This document shows, piece by piece, positions 33,969 to 45,193 of a DNA stretch of 64,000 nt. Source of the stretch: Mayamaea pseudoterrestris. Taxonomy: Eukaryota. Position numbers and translations under genes: made by a program. Below the pieces are notes generated by a model. That model did not search any database, had not been told where the DNA came from, and saw only the letters and a list, made by a program, of their open reading frames with translations. The DNA lies in the NCBI GenBank assembly GCA_027923505.1, contig BROI01000002.1:682001-746000 (forward strand), written 5' to 3'. Positions within the stretch are counted from its first letter, which is position 1; every line of letters begins with the position of its first letter.

Positions 33969-35080
33969 ATGGTGGAGATTAAAGAAATTAAGCCAGCTGC
34001 CAAGCCTTCTCTTGGCAACGACGATAACTACTATGAGGCTCTTGATGAGTCTGATTTACATCCGCCGTTGTCAGTTGCGGACGCTGTCGTTCATCTCGAC
34101 TGGCGCCTTGATCCGGCAGTTAGCCACAGCGACTGGACGATTCACATTTTCACTAAAAAGATTCTGGCGCAACGACAGTTACTGTTTACCATGTTCATCG
34201 GAGCTTGCTGACCGTCGGGCCCCGCAAGAGTAGCTATTTTGAGCGAGCTTGTCGTTCCAATTCGGACTTTCGTGAGTCCTTGACGCAGACGAGCCACATT
34301 GAGCTGGACAAACTTGCTGCAGATGCTTTTCAAACTTTTCTTGATTTTGTTTATCAAGATAACTCCATGAAGAAAGTTGTGCTGGACACTGATACCGCTA
34401 CGGCTCTACATTATCTTGGCATATATCTGGATGTTTGCGCACTCCGCTGGGAGGCAATGCAATTTATCAAGAGCGATCTCTGTATATCAAACTGCAGCAC
34501 ATACTACAAACACGCAAGTCACTTGCAGAACAAAAAGGTACTTGGTGTCTTGGTAAATCTCTGCACCGAGGATTTTTTGAAAATTTACATCGACAAGGAT
34601 GCCATTGTCCTACTAGCGGATGCCCGCTTTTGGATCCACGTACTGAAAAAGTACACTGTCAACTACACAGCAAGCCTTCACGCTAGCTCTTTGGTTAGCC
34701 GAGTTTGTCAGTCTATTAAACTGGATTTGCCAACATTTCTTGAAATTACGGATCAAGCTTACCTACCACGCATCTGCCAGGTGGCATGTGTGAACTTACT
34801 CAGCGTCGAGGTAGGTTTACGCAACTTTGACGAAACACTAGAACTTTCCAGCCTTCAGGAGCGATGCATTACGTCATTATCAAACACTTGCCAGGATGTG
34901 CGCAAGGACGAAAAGACGATGGAGTTGTTGCAAAAGCAGGGATCAAAATTCCTCTCCACGCTTTATGTGGAATCGCTGCGCGTGCAAGCAGAACAAGTGT
35001 CTCAACTGAAAGGAAGTATTGAAAGATCAAAATGCCACTTGCAAATCTTGCGGCAAGTCACGCGGATCAACTCCAGCTGA
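33969..35080 (+). pseudogene. BTB/POZ-domain protein split by a -1 frameshift near the A-run at 34155..34159 (pseudogene, sequencing error or recoding)
   Basis: The first frame gives LDWRLDPAVSHSDWTIHI. A second frame opens after the TAA at 34154 and gives VYHVHRSLLTVGPRKSSYF..FRES..FQTFLDFVY, a contiguous BTB pattern. No intron is evident between them. Confidence 0.7.
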
Positions 35081-35335
35081 TCGTGACGGCTCTGCAAACT
35101 CAACACACTCACATACTAGGTTAGCGCTACAAGAACTGGATCAATGCACGATTAATCTTTGGTGGATATTGTTGATCTTGTATCTGGCTCTTGTTGTTGC
35201 TCCTGGGATTTTACTTTGACAGCCAAGATCTTGTGGTGCGGAGTGCGGAATACACACAACCAACGACATTCATCAGCACGGCATTCAAATAAATATTATT
35301 ATAAATAATGCATATTATCACTGTCAAAAACGTGT

Positions 35336-36352
35336 TTACAAGCTTTTGGCATAGGCATCGAAACGAGTGAGCATGTCGTCCAATAAGGACGAAAAGTGGG
35401 TAAAGAAATGATCTCCACCCTCGTAGACCTTGAGCTCGGACTTTTCATTTTTACATATTCCAAGCCAAACATTCTCCGAGTCGCGGTAGTCTTCGCTGCC
35501 ATTCATGAATAGCAGCGGAAACTCAATCTTTGGAATGTGATCGGCTGGAGCGACCGCCTTGAGGCAGTCAACTTGCGCAATGGCTTGATCGAAAAACATG
35601 CCCGATCCCACACACGTTTCAATCAGCTTGTAGTCCGCCTTGGAACTTTTGACTTGCTTGGCCATTAAGGAAAGCAGCGTTGCGTTGCTGCAGCGACGAC
35701 CGAGAAAGGCCAGCATTACTAGGCCGCCTCGCGCCTTGAGACTTGCCCCAGGTCCAACATTTTGGCCAGCATCCATTAGAATGGCGCCATCAAAGTAATC
35801 TTGATGCTTGTCAATCAAGTAGAATCCTACGTAGGCTCCAAGAGACCCTCCGACGTAGATAACCTTCTTCTTGAAATCCTTGGTAATGTTGCAGCTCGTC
35901 AGCACAGACACGAGCGTTTCGGAGCACGAGTCCAGTGTGAGCGGAGTATCTACTAATGATCCATGGCCCGGCAAGTCCAACAAGATTGAACCATGATTGT
36001 AACGCTTCTGCAGCTCCTCGGCGTGACCACGAAACATGGCGCGGCTGCCAGATCCCCCGTGCACAAAGACAAAGATCGTGTCGGACGACCCATTTAAAAC
36101 GTCATACGTCTTGGTAAAGTCTAGCGAAGACTTGCTTTTGAAACAAAACTCGCAGAATTGCTTCATGGTCGCCGTCTCAATCGTGTCTCCGCCAACGTAG
36201 AGGGGATGCTTGGCGTAGCAGCTGGAGCAAAGGCGGTGACTGCAATCGTCGGCCTGACAGACACGGTCGTTGGCGTTCCAAAAGCTCCACAACTTGCGGC
36301 CCAGCGCAGCATTGCAGTCGTTGCAGGCGGAATTGGTAGTTGCTGTTGACAT
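35336..36352 (-). CDS. Alpha/beta hydrolase with an N-terminal FYVE-like Cys-rich zinc finger
   Basis: CNDC..C....C....CSSC..CEFC, then VHGG, DLPGHG, GGSLG (nucleophile), GSED and GGDHF. Confidence 0.85.
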   Translation of the reverse strand: MSTATTNSACNDCNAALGRKLWSFWNANDRVCQADDCSHRLCSSCYAKHPLYVGGDTIETATMKQFCEFCFKSKSSLDFTKTYDVLNGSSDTIFVFVHGGSGSRAMFRGHAEELQKRYNHGSILLDLPGHGSLVDTPLTLDSCSETLVSVLTSCNITKDFKKKVIYVGGSLGAYVGFYLIDKHQDYFDGAILMDAGQNVGPGASLKARGGLVMLAFLGRRCSNATLLSLMAKQVKSSKADYKLIETCVGSGMFFDQAIAQVDCLKAVAPADHIPKIEFPLLFMNGSEDYRDSENVWLGICKNEKSELKVYEGGDHFFTHFSSLLDDMLTRFDAYAKSL

Positions 36353-36493
36353 TGCTTCAGTGCTTTGCCGCTAGCGGTTCATGTTGTAATGATGACGATG
36401 GACGACAAAGATCCAGCGGCGTGGGTCTGTTAATGTGCGTTGATCGCATTCGCGCATCTGGCAAGCGACCCGGCGTGTGAGTCGTGCAAAGAA

Positions 36494-36507
36494 GACGTCA
36501 TACCGGT
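36494..36507 (+). promoter_or_regulatory. Recurrent promoter motif variant GACGTCATACCGGT between the divergent hydrolase and ATP-grasp genes
   Basis: 13/14 match to the core motif. Confidence 0.5.
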
Positions 36508-37049
36508 ACTGTAAATGGACTGAAACAGCTGCCCTTGGGGTTCCGAACACATGGATTGGGCGTCACCAACGAATCTTTCGCGAGAACGAATCTGCAGTTC
36601 CACGACTGCGGTTGATCGGGCTCGACCCGAGTGACAACCGTTGCTCTCATCGCACAACAAACAAGCCGTCGTAACCATGCTGCCCAATTTGTTCAAGAAT
36701 CGATCCGCATTGACGGACGATGATCAAGAAAGAGGCATTGTCATCAAGGCGTTGCCCGTCTCGGAGTTGCAAGCGTCTCAAAGCAATGCAACATTGGCGG
36801 ATGAAATCTCGGTTCTCAGCGACGATATTGCTCCATGTTTTCAGGTTCACGTGTGGGACAAACGATCGGGATACTCTGACTATATCAAAAAGGGATTGCG
36901 CGAGCTGAAACGAGACACTAGCAATGTCATAATGCGTCATAATGCTGTTTGAAAGTCCATCGTCAAGCAACCCCGACAGCGCATTTTACAACAGTCAAGT
37001 CTTCAAGTTTCACCTTTCACCGTTGGCACCAACGAATCCAGCCGTGACA

Positions 37050-38072
37050 ATGAGCGCCAAGTCCATGCTTGGCCCCTGTCGTTACAGTTTGTTCAATGGC
37101 ACATCTTTTCCCACTTACAATCGCTATGGCGAGCCTCCGTTGCGTTTGCTTGAGCATTGGGAACGAACCATTCCAAACTTTCAGCGTCCCCAATTCGTGA
37201 GCGAGATTGGCGATGCACAAGTGTACGCGTATCTGCCATGCGAAAGCATTAAACACCACGTCAACAATGCGCATGTGCACTATCACTTGGCCGGAAAGGA
37301 TGCGATTCACCTCATGTGTAAGTCCTCTAGGACGACTGCTCTCCTTCCAAGTACCAAATGGCAGCGCCCATGTGTTGCCAAGACGACGCACTCCATGGCA
37401 AGCAAGGGAATATTTGTTATTCGCGACGATGAGGATGAAGCTGCTTTTGAAGAATACATTGAAGCGAGTGGCAAGCCGAACTTTGTTGTCACGGAGTATG
37501 TTGATATCGAACGGAACGTTGCTTGTCATTTCTACCTAAGTCCAGCGGGCGAAGTGGTTTGGTTTGGGTCGAACGAGAATCGGCGGGACGAAAAGGGTGA
37601 ATGGAGCTTGGACTCATACTTAGTCCTGGAGGACCAAGAATATCTGAAAGAACTTCAGCTGCCGTTCGTGAAGGATGTTGCCGAGTACTGCCATTCACTC
37701 GGATTCTTTGGGTTTTGCGGTGTCGACGTCTTGTTTGACAAGGAAGGCAACGGCTTTCTTGTGGACGTTAATCCTCGAGTCACTGGTTCCTGTCCGTCAT
37801 TGATGGTGTCGCAGCTCTTTCAAGACAAGTATGGATTTGCATGTGGACTTTTTCGTCGGAGCGGCGACATTTGCTTTTATGGGTCGGAGGAACAACTATT
37901 TGATCAAGTGGAAGCCTTCAATCTAGGAAATGATGGCTCTTGTACTGTTGTCATCTTCTCCATTTGTCCAGTGGATGATGGTTTGACCAAGATAAACATT
38001 GGAGTCTATAGTAATTCGATTGATGATTGCAAGGCAGTCATCAATAGCTTTGCACAGCCAAAGTCGGAGTAG
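37050..38072 (+). CDS. ATP-grasp domain protein
   Basis: VAKTTHSMASKGIFVI, VVTEYV, GFCGVDVL and VDVNPRVTGS are ATP-grasp motifs. Confidence 0.8.
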   Translation: MSAKSMLGPCRYSLFNGTSFPTYNRYGEPPLRLLEHWERTIPNFQRPQFVSEIGDAQVYAYLPCESIKHHVNNAHVHYHLAGKDAIHLMCKSSRTTALLPSTKWQRPCVAKTTHSMASKGIFVIRDDEDEAAFEEYIEASGKPNFVVTEYVDIERNVACHFYLSPAGEVVWFGSNENRRDEKGEWSLDSYLVLEDQEYLKELQLPFVKDVAEYCHSLGFFGFCGVDVLFDKEGNGFLVDVNPRVTGSCPSLMVSQLFQDKYGFACGLFRRSGDICFYGSEEQLFDQVEAFNLGNDGSCTVVIFSICPVDDGLTKINIGVYSNSIDDCKAVINSFAQPKSE

Positions 38073-38100
38073 ATGCCTCTTGTTCAAGTATTTATATATA

Positions 38101-39549
38101 TTATATGATGTAAAAGTGAATACATAGAAACAGTTGCGGACCCATTCGCTTGGAGCGTAAAACTTTAAAAGGAAGCTTTTTCGTCGTCAAAGTCGCATAA
38201 AGTTCCTCTGTCCGAAACATTACGGGAAGCCTCATCCCGCAGACGCACGGCGCCAATGTTCGCCCCAACTTTTCCAAAACATCTTCAAATGACCATGGGC
38301 CCATTTGAAGAAGATAGCCTTCCCGCTTGTAGTTGTGGCCGCCCCAGGGTGGGTCGATAACGACAACGGCGTTCGACGGCAAGTTGACAATTTCTTCCAT
38401 GGCATCCACATTGCGGACTTCGACACTTTTGTCTACTCCGTGCTTGAGCATGTTTGTTCGGCAGAGCCCTGCACGATGCGCATCAATTTCAATCGCAATC
38501 ACCTTGGCAAAGGCCTTGGCTAAGCCAATAGTGATTCCGCCGACGGATGCGGTCAAGTCCACAGCGACCGTATCCATCGCATCAGAACCAAGCGCCAGTC
38601 GACATTGACTCGCCAGAATGTTGGCCATGGCAGTAGACCATCGTGCGGATGCTACGGAAAAGAGTCCCGTTTCGTCAACGTCCATACGACCGACTCGTGG
38701 TTTCGTCGACTGCAAGTAGACCTCATGTCGATCGTCCGATGTAACTTTTACATGTTGAAAGCCTTCTGGAAACTTTTCAATGAGCTGCATCAAGTCGCGA
38801 CCACCTAAAAGGTTTCTCAAGCTAGGTTCTCGGTGCAGCAGGAGCGACATGGAGACTTGTGTGGCTCCGTCCTTGTCGACAGCCTCTTGGAGTTTGCAGG
38901 CAATTTGTTCATAATCACTGTCAGACACAGTGTCATTGCATGCAAGCAGTATTTTTCCATCATCATTAAAGAATACCCAACCATCCAGCAAGCTCTTGAA
39001 AGCGGGCAGTGCCATCTCTTCCCACTCCAAACTCCCAATTGCTTTCACCTCTACGTAGCTCGAGTAGGTCCGTCGATAAAACCCGATTGCTCGCAGATAA
39101 AGATGCATTGGAATCATGCATTGTTTCAACAGCCATTCACAAGTCACAGTCAACGTGTCACCTGGTCGCTGTCGGCGTGCAAGCAAGGCGTTTCGTTTCT
39201 GCAAAGCGTACACCACTTTTGCCTTGACATTGTCTTGGCGCTTGATTCTGCGTGCGTCATTCGCAATCGTCTCATTCAGTAAGTCTGCATCAACCCAATC
39301 ATTTTTCAATAGTTTGACGTAGTGAGCCGATGTTGACCGATCCACTTGAAATACGCTTGCATGTCTTTCAAAGAACTTTAACAGTTGCTTGGAGCCGACC
39401 GTTTGTTGGAGAAGCGAGTCGATCAGTTTTGGTCGCTCAACGTAATGTTCCTTTATCAAAGTTGTCAAGCTGGCACCACCATCCCGGGCGATTTCAGTGC
39501 CGAGAATCACAAGAAGCTTTGTATCAGGATCCTGAGCTGCGTTGCTCAT
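38101..39549 (-). CDS. RNA cap guanine-N2 methyltransferase (TGS1-like) with an N-terminal extension
   Basis: LFSV, VDLTASVGG, IAIEID, DAM and DPPWGG motifs lie in the C-terminal ~200 aa. Confidence 0.8.
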   Translation of the reverse strand: MSNAAQDPDTKLLVILGTEIARDGGASLTTLIKEHYVERPKLIDSLLQQTVGSKQLLKFFERHASVFQVDRSTSAHYVKLLKNDWVDADLLNETIANDARRIKRQDNVKAKVVYALQKRNALLARRQRPGDTLTVTCEWLLKQCMIPMHLYLRAIGFYRRTYSSYVEVKAIGSLEWEEMALPAFKSLLDGWVFFNDDGKILLACNDTVSDSDYEQIACKLQEAVDKDGATQVSMSLLLHREPSLRNLLGGRDLMQLIEKFPEGFQHVKVTSDDRHEVYLQSTKPRVGRMDVDETGLFSVASARWSTAMANILASQCRLALGSDAMDTVAVDLTASVGGITIGLAKAFAKVIAIEIDAHRAGLCRTNMLKHGVDKSVEVRNVDAMEEIVNLPSNAVVVIDPPWGGHNYKREGYLLQMGPWSFEDVLEKLGRTLAPCVCGMRLPVMFRTEELYATLTTKKLPFKVLRSKRMGPQLFLCIHFYII

Positions 39550-39957
39550 GACAAGCTATCAAGAAGCTGCTTAACATACACCATTTTTCACGCTCGTGGA
39601 TGTCGCTCATTGAACAGCAATGTCGTACCGCTAGCGGAAAGGTTTTATTGACTTATTTCACTGGTTTAGCATGAGTCATTGGTTGACTTTCGAGCCCTTA
39701 CAAAAATATCAAGACTGTTTTGAGATAAGCCCATTGCAGTTGCCCAGTGAGGCCTAATCTGACTCATCTACGTGTTTCCACTTGCGTTGTCACTTTTCTA
39801 TGTACCAGTTATGTGCCCGCCGACAGCCAACCACGTCTTCACTTTCGTTTTCTCTTTTCCTTTCCTCACAAACTCTAAAAACACGACCACGAACAAGTTG
39901 CACAGGCAGGCTCAAGTTGCCCAAAAGTCCTCATACAGTAACGTTCTCCAATCAGCC

Positions 39958-40605
39958 ATGTCGCTCTCTGACTTCTTACTGAGTCTCCATCTGACAGGTA
40001 ATGTTATTATTGTCAGAGACGACGCCGCTCGTCCAGCCAAAGTGGTTTCACGGCCTGTACGACCGCGCGTGCGCTCGTCAAGCAGCGTCCGCTCTGTCCG
40101 GCGATTGAGGAGTTCTACTAATTCGATTAATCGAGCATGCCGCTGGAACGAGAGCACAGCAGTTTTGCATGAGCCAAGATTGCAGCGTCTGCCTCGACGC
40201 AGTTCCATGTCCGACTTTGACTCGCAGCAACATCACAATTGCCGTCCCACGTATCAAAGACAAGTTTCCATGAATGATCTTTTTGTCAACGCGAGGGAGC
40301 CTCAGAGAATCCAGTCCCCTGCAAAGACTTTGCGGTGCACTTTAGCAAGTGACGGAGATTTGACCATCATGCCAACATTGCCAACGTGCTCGGTCGTACC
40401 GTCGCCTGATGTTCCTGAGGATTCGTGGAGCCTCGTCCCAATCCGCGATGTATCTTATGACGATGAGGACTTTTACCTTTACGGAGCAAACGTCGATTCA
40501 CCAACGAAAAGCATCGCAACGAGCGCCAAGTATGCCATGCCATCGCTCGTCAGTCTCAACTTTGACGGCTCCCTCGGTCATTCGAGACGACTTACCGCTG
40601 TATAA
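39958..40605 (+). CDS. Hypothetical low-complexity Arg/Ser-rich protein
   Basis: ATG at 39958; IVRDDA, CRW and LPRR short motifs of the kind seen in disordered diatom proteins. Confidence 0.5.
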   Translation: MSLSDFLLSLHLTGNVIIVRDDAARPAKVVSRPVRPRVRSSSSVRSVRRLRSSTNSINRACRWNESTAVLHEPRLQRLPRRSSMSDFDSQQHHNCRPTYQRQVSMNDLFVNAREPQRIQSPAKTLRCTLASDGDLTIMPTLPTCSVVPSPDVPEDSWSLVPIRDVSYDDEDFYLYGANVDSPTKSIATSAKYAMPSLVSLNFDGSLGHSRRLTAV

Positions 40606-40838
40606 ATGTAAATAACAAACAATTTTGATTAACCTTCAGTAGCTGCTACGTATGCCGCATCATAAAGGTCTGAATTGGCCACGCCTGCTTGCTCTAGAAT
40701 GGTGAAAGTGGATGCGATATATGAATCACGGCCATAGCTATCCGACTATTTGACGCAGCCGCAAATTTGCAAACCAGATTTTTTTGGTCACAACAAATGA
40801 GCTTTATAAGTTATTTAATCTTCGTGTATCTTTACAAC

Positions 40839-42365
40839 TTAGCTAGTCACCACCAGAGAGTTACCATTGCCTACCGACAGGCCAGGATCAGCTTGGTATG
40901 GCAATACACAATTGTCCAATGTTTGATTGCCTAGCTGCATAATGTCTTCCCCCTTCAGCCATCGCTCAAGCCCACGGTTGAAAAACATGAGCTCGCGTAG
41001 CAGATCCGACGACGAACGCCGCATGGCGACAATGGCCGAGCGTGCGCTCGACACCAGCGCCAAGTCTTGAAAGAATCCCATGCCAGCGTACGGCCCATGT
41101 TCTTGCAACCGACTGGGGCTTGCTTCGTCATGCTGCGCAAACAGTATGCTGTGGTTGCGTTGCTCGAGCCATTTCGTCAAACTTGCAACGGTGCATGGCC
41201 GGTCGCTCATGATTCGCACCTGCACGGGCAGCGCTGCATCTCCGTCAGTACGCTGCTCCATGATTTTGGTTAAACACTTGATTTCACGACTAATGTCACA
41301 ACCATCGAGCCCTTGGAAGCGATGTCGACTATGCAAACCAACAGTGTAGTATTGCTGGTTCACTTGCTCCAGCAATGGCGGTACAAACCGTGTCGCCGCC
41401 CTTGTGAATTGAAAAATATACTTGTGTAGCATACCATACATGAAATCTGGACCAAGCGAATACAAGTCGCGGACTCGTTGTCGCGCCCAGTCACTCTTGA
41501 GTTGCGTCTCCTGCACCAGCCTGTCTCCAAGCTGCACCATCTTCATGTAGCAAAATGGGAAAATGACCAGCGGTTGCGGATACTTTGATACTAAATCAAC
41601 ACCATACAAGTCTTGGTAGTTGTCTGGAAGCGGAAAGCGCGGACTATCGCGACGAAAGCCCATCATGGTGGCGTGGAACGGAACCATGTAGGCTTCGGAA
41701 ACCGTGGTTTGATGGTTGTCATTGGATGACGTTGTTGCACTTTCAAACAAGTGGCTCCAATCGTCATACATTGGCATCCATGGCGCTTTGGTTAATATTT
41801 GGTCGCATTCACATTGCTCATTCGACAATTTGCAAAAGGCCTTGGTATAGTAGTCCAATCCATACTGCAAACACATTTCCTTGGTAAAGTACTTGTACAG
41901 AACGGTGCGATTGGTGAGTATGGACCAAAGGACGCCGTTGAAGAATCGATGCGCATTGTTGCCGCCCGACAGTGGACAAAGGTGAAAGGCAATGGCGTAC
42001 TTGCGTCGCTCCGGATGAGGATCATTTTGGAGCGCTTGCACGGAATGTTGCTGCATGTATTCGTGCATGACTTTGATTGGAAGTGGCAGTGGATTGTTGT
42101 AGACGGCAGATGCATTGAGCGGATAGTTGAATGGTTCATGTGACGGAGTATAATTGCTGCATACATTGGACGTCTCTGATAAAGATGGTGTTGCTAATGG
42201 AGGTGCCCTTGCGTTTGCATTCGACTGCTGCTGCGAAGTTTTCAAGCTTCGTCGCAGCCTTTCGCTTGATGTCAGCATCCAAACGACCGACAGGAATGGC
42301 AGTATTGACAGCACTATTTTCGTCTTTGCTGACGAGATCTTTTGCGTCTTTTTTGTAATCTGCAT
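40839..42365 (-). CDS. Type II membrane fucosyltransferase-like protein (GT-B; GT23/GT37-like)
   Basis: N-terminal TM, GN...RF......ILTNR, VGLHSRH, IMSD, FQDLALVS and RSSS motifs. Confidence 0.65.
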   Translation of the reverse strand: MQITKKTQKISSAKTKIVLSILPFLSVVWMLTSSERLRRSLKTSQQQSNANARAPPLATPSLSETSNVCSNYTPSHEPFNYPLNASAVYNNPLPLPIKVMHEYMQQHSVQALQNDPHPERRKYAIAFHLCPLSGGNNAHRFFNGVLWSILTNRTVLYKYFTKEMCLQYGLDYYTKAFCKLSNEQCECDQILTKAPWMPMYDDWSHLFESATTSSNDNHQTTVSEAYMVPFHATMMGFRRDSPRFPLPDNYQDLYGVDLVSKYPQPLVIFPFCYMKMVQLGDRLVQETQLKSDWARQRVRDLYSLGPDFMYGMLHKYIFQFTRAATRFVPPLLEQVNQQYYTVGLHSRHRFQGLDGCDISREIKCLTKIMEQRTDGDAALPVQVRIMSDRPCTVASLTKWLEQRNHSILFAQHDEASPSRLQEHGPYAGMGFFQDLALVSSARSAIVAMRRSSSDLLRELMFFNRGLERWLKGEDIMQLGNQTLDNCVLPYQADPGLSVGNGNSLVVTS

Positions 42366-42469
42366 GGTCAAGCAGTCAATGGTGATCAATGTTACTACAG
42401 CTGGGTAGTGCAACGGCCAAGTAGAGGTCCATGGTCAAGGATTTGCAACGACTTTTTGGCGACACCGAA

Positions 42470-42509
42470 TGACGTCACTAAGTTCCTCCGTCACTACCGG
42501 TACGACTCA
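42470..42509. promoter_or_regulatory. TGACGTCA palindrome plus motif variant ACCGGTACGACTCA between the divergent fucosyltransferase-like and S6K genes
   Basis: CRE-like palindrome at 42470..42477, and a one-base-deletion variant of the motif at 42496..42509. Confidence 0.45.
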
Positions 42510-42769
42510 TTCGTTCCGTCAACGCATGCCATTGACCAACGAACCGACTGGCCATTCATCAAGCTGTCGAAACTGGTCCTTGAGTTGAGCGATGAAAGGA
42601 TCCAAGAGTCGAGTATTTCGGGGCTTGAGCATTGGGTAGTTTCGCGCTTTAACTTATAGATTGCAAAGCATATACTTGTCAGATGCTGCTCCGTCGCCGT
42701 CGCAGAATTTCACCAAGCTAACAGCAAACACATAGAGAGCAATCTCCCTTATTTGCTTAACGTCTCATC

Positions 42770-45193
42770 ATGTCGTGTTTGGATGCTTGCGATCAGTTTG
42801 ACGATGACGGTCCGTTTGCTGCGGCAAGCGGTCCTGTGGAGGGCGACGTTGTCGACGAATTCCATACCGCGCAAGTCATGCTGGACGAGGATACGAACGA
42901 CAATGAAACGACAATTAATGCAAACAGTCTTAATGAGTTAAACATTGCTACTGGAGAAAATGATTGCTCGCCGCAAGAGGCGAGAGATGGCAGCGTAGAT
43001 GTAGATAAAAATCTTCTTCATCCGGGCAATGCTTGCCGGAATGAGTCCATTCCAGTTGGTAGCAAGCGCTTCGTTCAGCCCAATGACTTTCAACTGTTAA
43101 AGGTCATTGGCATGGGAGCTTTTGGAAAGGTCCTTCAAGTCCGAAACAAGCACAATCAGCAAGTCTTGGCCATGAAGGTTATTTCCAAGCGCTTATTGAA
43201 TCGCAAGGAAGGCTACGTGGAAAACGTGCGCGCCGAGCGTGACATTTTGACGCGGGTCAAGCATCCTTTTGTCGTTCAAATGCATTGCAGCTTTCAAACC
43301 AAGGATAAATTGTTCATCATTATGGATTATCTTGCCGGTGGCGAGTTGTTTCTGCGACTGGGTCGGGAAGGAATTTTTCTGGAAAAGACGGCGGCCTTTT
43401 ACCTGGCGGAAATTATACTAGCGCTTGATCACTTGCATTGCCGAAACATTTTACATCGTGACTTGGTACGTTGCCGTAAAACATCCATGATGCTGTTCAC
43501 TGTGGTACAGTTTCTCACCCAAACTGCACCTGGCCCCACTTATTAGAAACCAGAGAATATATTGCTCGGAAGCGATGGACACTTGGTGCTCACTGACTTT
43601 GGATTGGCAAAGCAGTTTGAAATAACAGGATTTCACCAAGATGATGAAAGGGCTCTAACCGTCTGCGGCACTCAGGTATGCTTTCGTTGGGCGATTGAGT
43701 GTGTAACAATATGTCCTTGATCTGACCATCCCATTTCGAATGCAGGAGTACATGGCTCCAGAAATGGTCGCTCGGCAGGGGTACGGACGAGCCGCCGACT
43801 ACTGGTCGCTCGGTAAGTTAAATACGCGGCAGCGCCTGTTCTTGTATTGCTGCTTCTTAGGGACATTGCTTTTCATTATGTTTCTTCAGGATGCATTGCT
43901 TACGAAATGCTAGAGGGCGATCCTCCGTTTCGAAGCAAACTTGGAGCAAAGGATCTGTTTCGAAAGATCATGACTGAAAAGGTAAAAATGCCTGTAGGTT
44001 CATCGTCCGCAGCGCATAAGCTGCTTAAAGGCCTCTTACACCGCAATCCGCAACAACGATGGGGAGTAACTAAAAGCACTACATTTGAAGTCGGTGGAGT
44101 GTCGGCAATACAGCAGGCTGCCTTTTTTCAAGGTTTGGATTGGGATAAGTTGGAACATAAAGAGGTCGATCCCCCGGACACATTCGAAATCGCAAAAGAC
44201 GATGACACTCGCCATTTTCATGACGAGTTTACAGGCATGACTCTCCCTCGCTCCGTCATTATCATGACACGCGACGAGTACAAGCCGAAGCATGTCAAAT
44301 CTGATTGCTTTCGTGGATTCTCCTTCGTCCAAGATGACTTTCATCTGCCAGAGCGTGACGAAGAAGAGGTCAAACAGTATTGGAATTCGGAGGAAGGCGA
44401 TTGCGAGTCTGTTTCAGAGTGCGCGTCGAGCAAATGCGACAATGACCAAGTTCCGCTCGAACTTGTATCGCCCGACAAGAAGAAACGACCTCCTCGCAAG
44501 AAAAAGAAGAAAATGAATATCGCGGAAACTGCAGAACAGCCGCTTGTTAATCCTATATCTCAGACGGTACCTGCTGATTCTCTGGATATGCCACCTTCTT
44601 CCGTCGTTATTTCTACATCGACGCTTGAAACTGCAACGAGCATTACTGCCTTGGACACTGTATTTGAAGCGGGACCCGCGGCTCCATTCACCGATGACGC
44701 ATCTACTTCTATTAAGCCGCACAATCCACCGCAATCTGCGGCAGTTATGCCATCTCTGTTCAAACAAATGGCTGCAACGACCATTGATTCTGTCCAGCAA
44801 CACAGCAAACCTCAGCCTGTTGGCCAAAATAACATGACATCCGCCAAGACAATCTTGTCGGCTAGCGCACCAACGTGGGTCACAAGAATGTCGCAGCCGC
44901 GGCAGACTGCACTTGTAACACAACATGGCTGGCGACAAACTGCAGCCGTTCCGACACCTCCTCCGCCGCCCGCCGCATCACCAGCCTCGTCGGATTGGAC
45001 GCAGCATCGCATGAGTCCGCGTAAGAGCCCACATTTGTCAACTACGATTCGCCAAGTTTCCTCCATGGCGTCGGCTCCAGTTTGGCCAACACTTGCGGTG
45101 AAAGACCCTCCTTTACCAAGTCAAACGATCAAGCCGCTGTTGAATCCGGTCGGTCCGGTGACAAAACTACAGGGCGCTTGGGCGAAACGATGA
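42770..45193 (+). CDS. S6K: Ribosomal protein S6 kinase-like AGC kinase; introns 43466..43546, 43676..43745 and 43813..43889
   Basis: GMGAFGKV, HRDL|KPEN, TDFGLAK, TVCGTQ|EYMAPE, DYWSL|GC and hydrophobic motif FRGFSF. All splices are GT-AG and in frame. Confidence 0.9.

Noticed and set aside
36641..36970. Overlapping ~100-aa ORFs upstream of the ATP-grasp gene
   Set aside because: No recognisable motif or convincing splice link. A small gene or upstream exon from the ATG at 36677 cannot be excluded but is unsupported.
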